Shown one piece after another: positions 35,001-45,700 of a stretch of 64,000 nucleotides of DNA (within the stretch, counting starts at the first letter, position 1; each line of letters begins with the position of its first letter). A program made the position numbers and the translations under genes. The notes under the pieces were generated by a model. That model was not told the origin of the DNA. It searched no databases and saw only the letters and a program-made list of their open reading frames with translations. This DNA is from a virus: IMG/VR virus record IMGVR_UViG_3300045988_126562; one strand, written 5' to 3'.

Positions 35001-36009
35001 TATGTATATAGTCCAACCTAAGGTTAATAGAACATTAATGGTAAGAGGATCAGAAAGATATGCTTATTCAAATCAATACTCTACTAAAGTAAACATAGGT
35101 ATAAAAATTGGAAGCAAAGATAAGGATGGGAATATAAACTTGGATATGATTTCTCTAAATCACTCCCCAGTTAAACTTTATCCTAAAGACGGAAAAGAAA
35201 GGTATTTTGATGTTAAAACAGTAGCAGAAGAGATAGAATCTTTAGGTTCTGGAGATAGCAAGTGGAAACTAGAGGAAGATAAATGGTATAAATCCATAGA
35301 AGATATATCTGGAGAACCTAATGTACATCAATGTAGTTATATGAATATTCCTTATCCATTTATAAGAAAGGAATATGAGAATAATGATGATACTGAAAGA
35401 AAGACAGCAGGAGATAACCCAAAGCCAGGAGTAGAATATGACACTACTTTATTATTCGAATTAACACAAGAAAACTCTAGTGATTTGTATTTAGGATTTT
35501 CCTTAGAATTAGGAGGATCAATGGATATAACAAATATAGTAGGTTCTTGGGATAAATTAGAGACAAGCATACAATATATATACATAGAAGATGGAGATAC
35601 TTTCAAGATGGGTAAATTTGTAGACTATTTAAACACTCCTTTAAATAAGTCGAGTATATATTATCTAACAGAGGATAATAAACTGATATCTGGAAGTAGT
35701 GATAAATTAAGTGATATAAAACTAAAAGATATAAAATATAAAAAAATGCTTAAAAATCTGTTTGTATTGAAAGAACAAAACGGATTTAAAATTCCAGTAT
35801 TAAATAAATCAGCTATAACTACCCAAGTTTATGCCTTCTTTGTTAGTACAAATAATAATGGTAAATCTAGATTGGAAAGGATAGACTGGTATCTTAAGGC
35901 TGGAGATACTCAATGGCCTTATTACACTGATGCATACTTTGGGTTAGAAACAGCCAGTATGAGTGGAACTGGAGACTTTGTGAGCAGTAATACAAAAGTA
36001 TCAGGATAA
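32035..36009 (+). CDS. large tail structural protein (1324 aa)
   Basis: Intact giant ORF. By order (after the capsid/connector genes, before the 1600-aa protein) it resembles the large tail ring/hub-type proteins of crAss-like phages. The functional name is an inference. Confidence 0.5.
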   Translation: MSKQESTNTFSEGLVMDLNPLTTPNNVLTNALNATLITYNGNEFVLQNDLGNGRVETAKLPTGFVPLGVKEYGGIIYVASYNPITNEGQLGSFPSPERNLSQNEISDKRTVVTKGQFTDSSGQIDKYYIRYDLMPDNMTLNPGDKFGIYIGGSPYNIISYKDEDRPRLVTFHPAILDDLGNISYIDDECKVEGILSRGIVFGEAPSIGGNVDDQEVFDSLLVYKGKKSGKLLLIVELETLEDFVVSRGIISYKDPTKSGNPIISTGSSDTGYSDDRKENEDTKNVGFAVKFYCSGWPKVDNDYIHFKGVKFIGNGEESEFEITSPDLQSMTFAFGGFKKGEQDNLLKYKIIPYTELGPNISLARTGIINFNLLGTGNIILNEWRYYVEGNKLRLNYGFDVNLLEGESVKEVTMEFYDVFYGLNYYEKGHIFNCKSTINGNFNGSYTEYFDMPYDLKYTDKYDEEESNLDYIYNNILGDNFKLKNNQLLRNNFYLVRITLKTVGLINKENKEQSTEKYFYRFLYTNGIFNKQYIEGEITNFSTILVDPYKVKLKTSLSESTDFSNNTDFKVEYYNSPTANGYTTGVQAVAPDDVTSLEEYKSSPLKANLFQDWGTSGTSKMTITADVKNIDSSKPLEDDNYYQFGEYAPGFFKLNDGALTIDNCKVVYDNSKFELQTYGGSASDEEIKYVDITKDTEGETPNKEVPYKNIKGELPEEVSSILGKTSYSSDDETVLKTFEELKDRQFFDISGSFNQQSEEGKDSVVTLPTISGRLIRRAASNREFENKTMECEEARPCFYKQMSPEEQNVMILGNSRTSNGDLSEQGMQIAYSGDWDGNDDNSFYFSNSENEKTGEGNGDTLLIHRSDLGADGHNHIPHEEVMRAFADNMNSVLSHSAIWPFTAKLDSNLKKTGRYKAFTPGVYRTSGQINGSIFMSANTYDRCKIYRWGATSALWRTNISTEESPDYAFINLGGSNYKTFIKYMQKLLSNMYIVQPKVNRTLMVRGSERYAYSNQYSTKVNIGIKIGSKDKDGNINLDMISLNHSPVKLYPKDGKERYFDVKTVAEEIESLGSGDSKWKLEEDKWYKSIEDISGEPNVHQCSYMNIPYPFIRKEYENNDDTERKTAGDNPKPGVEYDTTLLFELTQENSSDLYLGFSLELGGSMDITNIVGSWDKLETSIQYIYIEDGDTFKMGKFVDYLNTPLNKSSIYYLTEDNKLISGSSDKLSDIKLKDIKYKKMLKNLFVLKEQNGFKIPVLNKSAITTQVYAFFVSTNNNGKSRLERIDWYLKAGDTQWPYYTDAYFGLETASMSGTGDFVSSNTKVSG

Positions 36010-39000
36010 TGGAACATTTATCAGCTTTTCTAGTTAATTGTAGTAAAAAATCCATAAATACTAGTTCATCTGATTTTACTTACAATATAACTCCATTATA
36101 CAAATTATTTCAAAATGAGGGGAATTTAGCATGGGAGTATAATCCTCTTAGAAACTATAGGGTAAATTCTAATTTATATGAAACTAATTCCTTGAATGAA
36201 TTAATTGATAAAAATGGAGAGATAATAGGAGAATATTCAGGATATAAAATGACTAAATCTAGCATAAAGAATTTATTATACTATGGGGGCATATCATCTG
36301 CCCCTAACAATGCTAGAATAGCTCAGGAACCTATGGAATTATCTGACTTTACTACAGATAAATTAAATTTTGATTTAAATCATCCAGTACAAATAGAATG
36401 TCAACCATCCTATGATGGATCTGTTAATTTAATATTAAATGATGATAAAAATCCTCCTAGATTAATAAATACTAGATTCACTCCTATGGAAAATAATACA
36501 TACAAGATAATAAATAGAATAGGCAATAATGATACTAATATATATGATGATGAGCAATTTGAAATAGATACTTCACTATACAAGAGGATAAGTAGACTTC
36601 CTAAATTATTATTTAAAGGAATAGAGGACGGAGGAGCTTGTAAAGTTGGAAATTACGTGTTTTATTTTAAATATGAGGATGCTGATGGAAATCAAACTGA
36701 TTTTGTCACAGAATCTGGAGTAGTAACTTGTCATATAGGAGGAGTCAATGACATATTTTCTATAAAAGGAGGAATAAAAGATGAAAATAGTAATAAGATG
36801 ATTAAATTCACCTTAGAAAATGTAGATCCAGGATATAATTACGTAAGAGTATATTATACTAGAACTACCTCAGATATAGATGGAATTAGAGCGTCTAAAA
36901 ACCATCTGATTGATCAGAAGTATATTGTAAAAAATACCTCTTGTTCTATTACTGTTACTGGGTATGAGCCTACAATTGAAGTTAGTGATAACGATATAAA
37001 TATTCAATATAATTTGATAGAGTCCGCTAAAACAGCAGCCCAGTGCCAAAATATGTTATTCATGGGTAACATAAATAAAGTAGATATTCCTTATGAAGAA
37101 TTAACTGACTTATCTCTTAGAGTTTATCCTATACCAGTAGCTGTAGATACAGTAGGAGGGCTTACTCCGTCTTATGATGATTCTACTAATCAATTTGAAT
37201 ATTACAATGTAAATAATATATATAATAAGTTAGGATATTGGAACGATGAAATTTACAGATTAGGTATAGTATATATACTTCCAGATTATTCTTTATCACC
37301 AGTATTTAATATAAGAGGTAGAGATGAATTGGAAGTAACCACAAACCCGAGTAACCAAGATGTAATAAATTCCTATACTTCTATACCAGCTTATAGAGAA
37401 TTTGACCCTAACACTGGTAAACCAATTAGAATAAAAATAACAACAAATGAGGGAGATTATTCCATATTCAAAGAGTCTGGAGAGTTATCTAATTTCCCAT
37501 TAGAAAATTCAAAAGGTGTAATTAGAATAATAACTAAAAATACTTCTGCTTCTCAAATTAGAACTGTAGACGAAGTTACACAGGTAAAACCAATAGGGTT
37601 AAAAATAGCATTTGATTCTACAGCCCTGTCAGTTTTGAAAACTATGGTAAAAGGATTTTTTATAGTTAGGCAAAAGAGAATCCCTACTATACTAGCTCAG
37701 GCCTTTACTGTAGGTTTAGACAAAAATGCTTATATACCTCTTTTATATGTAAATAATATAAATAAAGATAATAAACAACAGTGGGTAGCTGAACGATTTT
37801 TAGATGATGAAAGAATAATATCTCATGATTTTAAAAAGAGACTATACAATTATCCAGATAAATATGAAGGCATAATGATGAAAGCTGCTATATGTCCAGA
37901 AGCAGAATTAAATCAGTCTTATTTCAACCAATTATTTACTGGAGCTAAATATACTATAACTAGGCCAATATTTCAACCTAAAGATAGATATTTAGAGTGT
38001 GATCCATTAGACGTTAGACACAGTTATGTAGACTCATATATAGGAGAATTTCAAGACAGAGACTATGCTTATACTTCTTGTAAACTAACTATGGTACAAG
38101 ATGATTGTGTAATGATTACAAGTGGTACTCAAAAATACACTGGAAGAGCTGGTAATGCAGAAGAGGCGTGGAGACTTAGGTATCTTATGAAAGATGATGT
38201 AGATACAGAAGCTATAAACTTGGTAAGAGGATCATTTGGAACGTATATAGGGATAGAAGGATATGATGAGGGATTTGGAAGAATAATAAACATACATATA
38301 CCCGGATATGATGTTACTAAAATGAAAGATTATTTTAATATTAGGTATAATGATAAATCCTCGTTTTATCCTATAACAGATCGTATAGACATACAATCCA
38401 TAGGAAATGATTCTGTAGGGTACTATTTAACAGCATATAGAGGAGATTGTTATATAGGAAATTATACCCATAGAATGAATAGAAATTTCCAAGATCCAGA
38501 GGCTCCAAATAATGATGTAATTGTAAACGAAAATACCTGGTCTGATAATTATGATGTCTCCAGTAAAGAGAAAAATGAGAATATAAATAGAGGAGATATA
38601 AATGCTGTTAAATTAGGACATTGGATGACATTTAAACTTTGTTCTAACATAAATATTTCAATGAGAACTACAGATGATTCTCATTACGAAGAAAATGGAC
38701 TAACTGGTTTATCCAGAGGGTTTTTCCCATTGTACAGTAGATCAGTAACTGGAGAATCAAAAATACCTGAATCTTCAGTAATGAATGCTGGAATTAATTC
38801 TACAACTGGAGCCAAAGTAAACTTTTTGATGCCTGATGTACCATATTTAAAAGATGTGTTCTCTACAAGAATAATGTATAGCGATATATTCATAAATGAC
38901 TCTTATAGAAATGGATACAGAGTATATCAATTAAATCATTATAGAGATTATGCTACTATTTATGGAGGCCTTACTAAGCTACTTGAATTTAATGGATTTT

Positions 39001-40811
39001 TAATTGCAGTATTTGAACATGGTACGGCTGTTATACCGGTAAATGAACGTGCTTTAGCTGGAGAAGGTCAAGGTGGTGAAGTATTTATTAATACCTCTAA
39101 TGTATTACCAGAAAATCCAAAAATGTTGAGTAGTAATTATGGTAGTCAATGGGTAGATGGAATAGCAGTTACTCCCTATTATGTTTACGGTATTGATACA
39201 GTAGCTAAAAAAATATGGAGAACTAATGGCCAGGTTTTTGAAATAATATCTGATTTTAAGATACAACAGTTCCTTAATAGAAATATTACTTTAAAAGAAA
39301 GGGAAATGACTCCTGTAATAGGAGTTAGAAATGTAAAGGTGCATTATAATGCTTTTAAGCAAGATTTGATGTTTACTTTTTATGATAATCTATATGGATT
39401 TGAAGAAAAAGCTTGGAATATTTGCTTTAACGAAGTATTAGGAAAATGGATAACATTTTATTCCTGGATTCCTTCCTATTCTTCTAACATAGATAACATA
39501 TTTTTTAGTTTTGATAGAGACACATCAAAAATGTTTTCCAAATTGGGAGTTAGTTCTACTAATAATCCAGCAGCTAATGGAATAACATTAGAAGATCCAC
39601 TTAACCAATCAAAATGGACTTTAAGTTTATCCGATAGATACCTTCCTAATACTAAGAATATAAAATCTTATGTAACTTTCTCTATAGAAAAAGACCAAAT
39701 GGGATTTTGGAGGTACTTCACTATTTCTGGCAATTCATTAAAATATAATGGAGGATTACCAGAGAATACAATAGTAGCTTACTTAAATATAAAAGCTGAT
39801 GTAAGCTTCGATTATGACACTACAGACCAAAATATGGCCCAATATGTAAATGGATGGAAGGAAAATATGAATGCCAACAATGGGTATTACACTAATTCAG
39901 TAGCAGTATTGGTTGGAAACTATGACAAGAACATTACATATTTTTGGAAACATGGTCAATCTGGAATAATAGATATAAAAGATAAGTTGAAACCATGTTT
40001 CTGGTATGGAAAACAACATCCATTTGAGTTTGAATTTGTAGTAGTAGATAATCCTGGAATACATAAAATATTCAATAACTTGTATATAATAGCTAATAAG
40101 GCTAAGCCAGAATCCTTTCATTATGAAATAGTTGGAGAAGTCTATGACTTTGCTAAAGATAAGAAAAATGCTTATTATAGACAAGAGGCTACTAAGGAAC
40201 TATATCAGAATTTAGGATGTGACATTTTATATGATAGGGATTATAAAGAAACTCTTATATCTAAAAATGTAAAATCTACTATGTTCCCCTGGTATTATGA
40301 AAGAATAGACACATTTGATCAAATATATGATAGTTATCAAATGGCTACGTCTAAATATAATAGGGATTATCAAAATATAACTGGATCTGAGATAGTTCAC
40401 GAACCTTTACTAGATGAATATAGAATAGCTGTTCATCAAAAAGCTAATGATATAGTAGAAGTAGGCAGATTAAGAGGGAATATGCAATATAAGGAAGATA
40501 TTTGGAATGTAGAAATCAGGCCTATGTACTTTGTGCAAAGAAACGAAACTTGGGAATCTGTGCCTCCTATAATTCTAAATAATTTACCTAAAATAACAGC
40601 CACAGAAATAACTACTGATGATTTACCTACTAATTATGATATAACAGATATAGAAAATACTCCAGATGATGAATTAATATACACTGGTTGGACTGATAGA
40701 AAGGAGACCAGAATCAGAGATAAATATTGTAAAATCAAAGTAAGGTATAGCGGAGAAGATTTAGCTATAATAACTGCTTTGAAAACTATATATACTGCAA
40801 GTTATGCATAA
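36009..40811 (+). CDS. large tail structural protein (1600 aa)
   Basis: TAATG overlap with the upstream gene. Its size and position are comparable to the largest tail (muzzle-type) protein of crAss-like phages. Inference only. Confidence 0.5.
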   Translation: MEHLSAFLVNCSKKSINTSSSDFTYNITPLYKLFQNEGNLAWEYNPLRNYRVNSNLYETNSLNELIDKNGEIIGEYSGYKMTKSSIKNLLYYGGISSAPNNARIAQEPMELSDFTTDKLNFDLNHPVQIECQPSYDGSVNLILNDDKNPPRLINTRFTPMENNTYKIINRIGNNDTNIYDDEQFEIDTSLYKRISRLPKLLFKGIEDGGACKVGNYVFYFKYEDADGNQTDFVTESGVVTCHIGGVNDIFSIKGGIKDENSNKMIKFTLENVDPGYNYVRVYYTRTTSDIDGIRASKNHLIDQKYIVKNTSCSITVTGYEPTIEVSDNDINIQYNLIESAKTAAQCQNMLFMGNINKVDIPYEELTDLSLRVYPIPVAVDTVGGLTPSYDDSTNQFEYYNVNNIYNKLGYWNDEIYRLGIVYILPDYSLSPVFNIRGRDELEVTTNPSNQDVINSYTSIPAYREFDPNTGKPIRIKITTNEGDYSIFKESGELSNFPLENSKGVIRIITKNTSASQIRTVDEVTQVKPIGLKIAFDSTALSVLKTMVKGFFIVRQKRIPTILAQAFTVGLDKNAYIPLLYVNNINKDNKQQWVAERFLDDERIISHDFKKRLYNYPDKYEGIMMKAAICPEAELNQSYFNQLFTGAKYTITRPIFQPKDRYLECDPLDVRHSYVDSYIGEFQDRDYAYTSCKLTMVQDDCVMITSGTQKYTGRAGNAEEAWRLRYLMKDDVDTEAINLVRGSFGTYIGIEGYDEGFGRIINIHIPGYDVTKMKDYFNIRYNDKSSFYPITDRIDIQSIGNDSVGYYLTAYRGDCYIGNYTHRMNRNFQDPEAPNNDVIVNENTWSDNYDVSSKEKNENINRGDINAVKLGHWMTFKLCSNINISMRTTDDSHYEENGLTGLSRGFFPLYSRSVTGESKIPESSVMNAGINSTTGAKVNFLMPDVPYLKDVFSTRIMYSDIFINDSYRNGYRVYQLNHYRDYATIYGGLTKLLEFNGFLIAVFEHGTAVIPVNERALAGEGQGGEVFINTSNVLPENPKMLSSNYGSQWVDGIAVTPYYVYGIDTVAKKIWRTNGQVFEIISDFKIQQFLNRNITLKEREMTPVIGVRNVKVHYNAFKQDLMFTFYDNLYGFEEKAWNICFNEVLGKWITFYSWIPSYSSNIDNIFFSFDRDTSKMFSKLGVSSTNNPAANGITLEDPLNQSKWTLSLSDRYLPNTKNIKSYVTFSIEKDQMGFWRYFTISGNSLKYNGGLPENTIVAYLNIKADVSFDYDTTDQNMAQYVNGWKENMNANNGYYTNSVAVLVGNYDKNITYFWKHGQSGIIDIKDKLKPCFWYGKQHPFEFEFVVVDNPGIHKIFNNLYIIANKAKPESFHYEIVGEVYDFAKDKKNAYYRQEATKELYQNLGCDILYDRDYKETLISKNVKSTMFPWYYERIDTFDQIYDSYQMATSKYNRDYQNITGSEIVHEPLLDEYRIAVHQKANDIVEVGRLRGNMQYKEDIWNVEIRPMYFVQRNETWESVPPIILNNLPKITATEITTDDLPTNYDITDIENTPDDELIYTGWTDRKETRIRDKYCKIKVRYSGEDLAIITALKTIYTASYA

Positions 40812-42096
40812 TAAATATAAATCTAGAAAGAGACCTCCCTTAGTTAGAAAAGCTCAGGGAGGACTTTCTCTTCCTGCATATTATGGAGTCACTGGTGATA
40901 TTACTTCATTAAATAATGATTTACAACAGTATGCTAAAAGCGCAAATGTATTAAATTCGATAGCATCTTCAGATAAAGCTAAAGGATTGACTACATTTTT
41001 TGGTAAAGCTGGGGCTTTAGGTAAAGCTAACAACACTCTGTCTAAATCTGTGGGAGGAATACAAGGTATGCCCAGTATGGGAGGGTTAGCTACATCTGCA
41101 CTTAGTGTGGCAGATAAATTTATTCCACAAGCAGAGGATAAAGGTAGTAAAATTACTAGTGGAGTATTTAATGGCCTTAGTCAAGTAGCAGGAATGATAC
41201 CTGGTGTAGGAACAATAGCATCAGTTGCTTTAAAAGGATTGGGAACTTTATTTGGGGCAGGTGTGAAAAGTGTGAAAGGTAACGCTGCTGACGAAATGGT
41301 AGACACTTCTTCATCATATACAGGAGCTGATGCTTATGATTCAAAAAGATTTGGATTACTAGGACTAGGCTCAGCAAAAAAATATCAAAAGAAGGTAGAT
41401 AAAAGGCAATGGGAAAGAGATACAGCTCATGACATACTACAAGAAGGAAAAGACGACCTACTGGCTTCATCCAATGTGCAGCAACTGCAATTAGTTGACA
41501 ACTTAAATAAAAATGCTAGTGATTGGATGTACAATATAAGAGCTGGAGAGTTTGGAATGAAAATAAAAGAGGCAAAGAGGTTATCTAGATTAGCAAAGAA
41601 AAAAGTATCAATATCTGGAGAGCCTAGAAAAATCGGAACCACTGAACTTCGGGAAGGGGGAAATATACCAAAGAATACCTCTATGAGTAGTGTAGAGTCT
41701 TCTACAGAGATTTCTCTTACTGGGGTGAAGCAACAATACCAGGAAGGTGAAAGTGGTCAGCAAGCTCCTGAAATATTCCAAAATGGAGGTCAAGTAAATA
41801 TTATACCAGAAGGAGCATTACACGCTAGAAAACACAACCTAGTGGAGCTAAATCCTGAATTGGAAGGTATAACTAAAAAGGGTATCCCAGTAATAACTCA
41901 GGAAGAAGGAGGAATTGTACAGCATGCAGAAATAGAACGTTCTGAAATAATATTTGCTAAAGAAATAACTGATAAATTAGAGGAATTGAGAAATATAGGT
42001 ACAGATGAAGCTGCTATAGAAGCAGGTAAATTACTGGCCGAACAGATAATAGAAAATACTATTGATAATACTGGAGAATTATTGCATGATAGTTAA
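40804..42096 (+). CDS. Gly/Ala/Ser-rich virion protein, candidate internal/ejected (cargo) protein
   Basis: Basic N-terminus followed by low-complexity G/A/S-rich segments (GKAGALGKANN.., GMIPGVGTIASVALKGLGTLFGAG). Overlaps the upstream gene by 8 nt. Confidence 0.4.
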   Translation: MHNKYKSRKRPPLVRKAQGGLSLPAYYGVTGDITSLNNDLQQYAKSANVLNSIASSDKAKGLTTFFGKAGALGKANNTLSKSVGGIQGMPSMGGLATSALSVADKFIPQAEDKGSKITSGVFNGLSQVAGMIPGVGTIASVALKGLGTLFGAGVKSVKGNAADEMVDTSSSYTGADAYDSKRFGLLGLGSAKKYQKKVDKRQWERDTAHDILQEGKDDLLASSNVQQLQLVDNLNKNASDWMYNIRAGEFGMKIKEAKRLSRLAKKKVSISGEPRKIGTTELREGGNIPKNTSMSSVESSTEISLTGVKQQYQEGESGQQAPEIFQNGGQVNIIPEGALHARKHNLVELNPELEGITKKGIPVITQEEGGIVQHAEIERSEIIFAKEITDKLEELRNIGTDEAAIEAGKLLAEQIIENTIDNTGELLHDS

Positions 42097-42655
42097 AATA
42101 AATGATAAAGAGTATAGAGTTAAAATAGCTTATACTGATGAGGAAAAATCCAGAGGCTTGCAGGGAATAAATTCTTTACCAGAGGATGAAGGTATGTTAT
42201 TTGTATATGATGAACCTCAAACGGTTGGGTTTTGGATGGATGATACTAATATTCCATTAGATATAGTCTTTATAGACGATGATGAAGAAGTATTATCTGT
42301 ATATTCTGGAGAGCCTAATGATAGAACTATAGCAGAGGAAGATAATGTAAAATATGTACTAGAAGTCAATCAAGGCTCTGGAATTAAAGAAGGAGACGAG
42401 ATTGACATAGAAGAAGAGGAGGATGATTCCGAAACCTCTAAAATGTTAGTGATTGGGCCAGATGGAGGAGTACAAATGGAATTAGAAGGAGGAGAAAGAA
42501 TTGTTTCTAGAAGAGAGACTAAAATATTAGTAAAAAAGGCTAAAAAAGCATATAATTCTGAATTAGATTCTGATTACAAATCTTTAGGAAAATATATGTT
42601 TAAAGTGCTAAACAAACAGGATAAGCGTGAGCCTGAATATGTGGAACAAGAATGA
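42086..42655 (+). CDS. DUF192-like protein with an acidic C-terminal extension
   Basis: VKIAYTDEEKSRGLQGINSLPEDEGMLFVYDEPQTVGFWMDDTNIPLDIVFIDDDEEV matches the DUF192 signature (..GLm....l....GMlF.......fWM.nt..pLDi.f.d). The ATG at 42086 overlaps the upstream stop. Confidence 0.55.
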   Translation: MIVKINDKEYRVKIAYTDEEKSRGLQGINSLPEDEGMLFVYDEPQTVGFWMDDTNIPLDIVFIDDDEEVLSVYSGEPNDRTIAEEDNVKYVLEVNQGSGIKEGDEIDIEEEEDDSETSKMLVIGPDGGVQMELEGGERIVSRRETKILVKKAKKAYNSELDSDYKSLGKYMFKVLNKQDKREPEYVEQE

Positions 42656-42663
42656 AAAAAAAT

Positions 42664-42698
42664 AAGGGAGAAGCCGCAATAATTGCAACTTCTCCCTT
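42664..42698. terminator. bidirectional terminator between converging transcription units
   Basis: aagggagaag (42664-42673) pairs with cttctccctt (42689-42698). An A-run lies upstream and a T-run downstream. It sits between the + stop (42655) and the - stop (42705). Confidence 0.75.
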
Positions 42699-42704
42699 TT
42701 ATTT

Positions 42705-45700
42705 TTATTCCTGTTCATCTAACGGAAACATATCATATATCATTGGTTTAAATGGTTTAAATGCTCCTACATTTGAAACAAAAGCTCTTGGCAAATTACT
42801 ATCACCAGATATAGCATCTTTAAGTGATGTAACAAATCTTGTGATAACTCCCCAAGCTACGAAATTTAACTCTAATTGGCCAGTAAATGTTTTCCAAATA
42901 TTAAATTCAGAACTAGCATTTCTTAATACTAATTCTATATTCTTATCAATGGCTGTTTTATCACTTTCTTTTACATTACCAAATAACAGATACATAAGTA
43001 TCGAGAAGAAAGCTAATCCTCCTACATCTCCCAAAAATAGATTAAGATTTCTTAATTTAGTGGGATCATTCCATGCTTTTAAGAAGTCTTCTCTGCTAGT
43101 TCCTCCTTTTATATAATTAACCACATTAATTAAACTTGCCAAACTCCAGAATATACCTTCCATCATGCCTCCCTGCCAGTCTTTAACAGGAAATCCTGTG
43201 TTTTCTGTAGTTTCTACTCTTTTCCCAGAATCATCATATTTCCAATATAACTTTTTTCCTGTTACAGAGTCCACTTTGTCAACCCATTTACCTGTTTTAT
43301 ATGTTCCAGGAGTTAAAAAGTATTGAGCACCTCTAGCGGTAATATATGATTGGAATTGCCCTAAAATAACTCCGATGCCTTTCCTAAACCACATGGATTT
43401 GTTTGTACTGTCCATATATCCGAACATCATATTAGCTTCCTGAATCATTTTATTTGATTCTAGAACTGTATATGCTTTAGGAATATCCTTATCATCGTCC
43501 GTCATAGACCTAGTTTCTCCAGTTTCCCAGTTAGTTACAACAGCTCCCTCATCTATCATTTGCCTCCATATTGTCAAATAAAGAGATCTCTGCTCTTGAA
43601 ATGTTTCTAATTCAGATTTAGGAATTTCAGATTCTGGAGTATTTTGATACTTAGCATAAATACTAAATCTTTTATCTTCACGCCAATTATATTCTATATG
43701 ATCCCCCACTAGTTTATGTGCATCATAATTACCATCCTTTAGCATATAAGCAGTAAATACTGTCATTCTGTGTAAAAAGTCCGGAGACCTAGCGGTAAAG
43801 AATAGTATATTATTAACTCTTCCTACTTCTCCCTGATAGTAATTTAATCTTTCTACCATTTCCTGTTCGGATACGTTAGCTATACCATATTGAGCGTTTA
43901 AATGCTCTCCCATAGTAATTGTTTTTATCTGCCTAAATCCATCCTGCCATACCATTGAATATGCTTTACTAGCTTCTTTTATTCCAAATCTGGAGTCATC
44001 AAATCTATTGGCGTTAGCATTATTAAATAAAGTCCACCATCCGACTAATCCTTCCTTAGCCATAGATAGAACATTTAATCCTAATACCATCTTACTAGCC
44101 ACAGACTTTATGGAAGAAACTGTTCTCCATAAACCTTTTTCATCTTTATCAAATAAAGACATATCCAATACTGAAGATTTAATGAAGTTGACAATGAAGT
44201 CCAAAGTAGGTTTATTAAGTTCCAGCTGCCCATTACTTAATTGGGCATTCCAAGCATACGAACACAATGAAGAACTTACGTTAGCAATTACAGGGTCTAA
44301 TATTTCCTTTCTGGTAACTACATAATTATATAAATCCTTAATTCTTTCTAGATTTATGTCAAATGACTCTAATCCCTCTTTTTCTATCATTCCTAATCTT
44401 TTGTCAGGATCAGATGATAAAGAAAAGGAATTAAATATACCATCAAAAATTAACCCATTTTTTCCAAAGTCTGTTTCAGAAGAATCCAATCCTAAACTCA
44501 TTCTAGGATCTATAGTAGCATCTTCTAAACCTAATGTATCTTTGAGAGCCTCCTTAATGTTTTGTTTATTGTTTACTATTCTTGATAAAGCTCCAGCTCT
44601 TACTAATGGTAATTGAAAAATATCGTACCCTTGATCTTCTGCCTCTTCTAAAGTTAAATCATATTTAATTCTAGTTAAATCCCTAACATACCATTCTAGA
44701 TATTCTTTTTCGTCTTTACTAAGAGTATCATCATATCTAAAATCTTTTAGCCTTAGATCTCTTGTATTAGATCTATCTATTAAATTTTTAAATATTATTT
44801 CTGAGTTATTAACAAATCTGTTATTCCTAAATCCTGGGTTGCTATTTTTAAATTTATCGGTATGTCTTCTATCAACTACTTTATAAGCCATATACTTATT
44901 TCTAATTATAGAGTTAGCTTCCATAACTCTATCGTATATAGCTTGAATTATAGGAATAGTATCCTGAGGTCTTAAATTAATAGAATTAAATAAAGTCTTG
45001 TTTTCTATACTCTCTCTTAATCCTTGACCTCCCAATATATTGCCAGATAATTTAGTTTCATTCCTAAAGTCTATAGAATATCCAGATAGTTTAGAAATAG
45101 CTAGATCTACCTGTGATTTTAAGTAGCCTAATATAGAATTATCTTCTGTAGCATTAAACCTATATTTATAATAATGCTCATTTAAAGCATCCCTTAGCTT
45201 CTCTAGTCTTTTTAATTGCTCTGCCTTGTCATTTACCAATTCCGATAGTTTATCGTTTTTGAAATTATTTGGATTAATCGAATTGGCTCTGAAATAATTA
45301 GCAACAGAAGTTGAATTGACTATAGCCTCATATAAGGAAGCAACCCTAGCGTATAGTTCTCCAGCCCTAACTTTATTTGTTTCTATTCCAACTGAGTTAG
45401 CTAAAATATTATAATTGTTTTCTAATTTTTCACGAATTACAGTATCATCAATTACGGACTTATTGCTTAACCCTAGGACTTTAAGTTCGCCTGTTTCATA
45501 ATTGTCGGCTAGTTGATTAGCTAAATACAATAATTTAACTAGCTCAATATTACCCATATTTGCTACAAGTTTGTTAGATGAGGACATGTTGTCACTATAT
45601 AAATGACCTAATATAGTATTTCCTTTTTCTAAATTTAAAGGTAAGTCTATATCTTCATACATTATAGATACAAAATCTACTGTTCTGTCTGCATCATTTT

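Noticed and set aside
42652-44616. Plus-strand ORFs 42652..43116, 44008..44325 and 44356..44616, opposite the 1493-aa gene.
   Set aside because: They are antisense to an intact 4.5-kb ORF, and the first one also runs through the bidirectional terminator.
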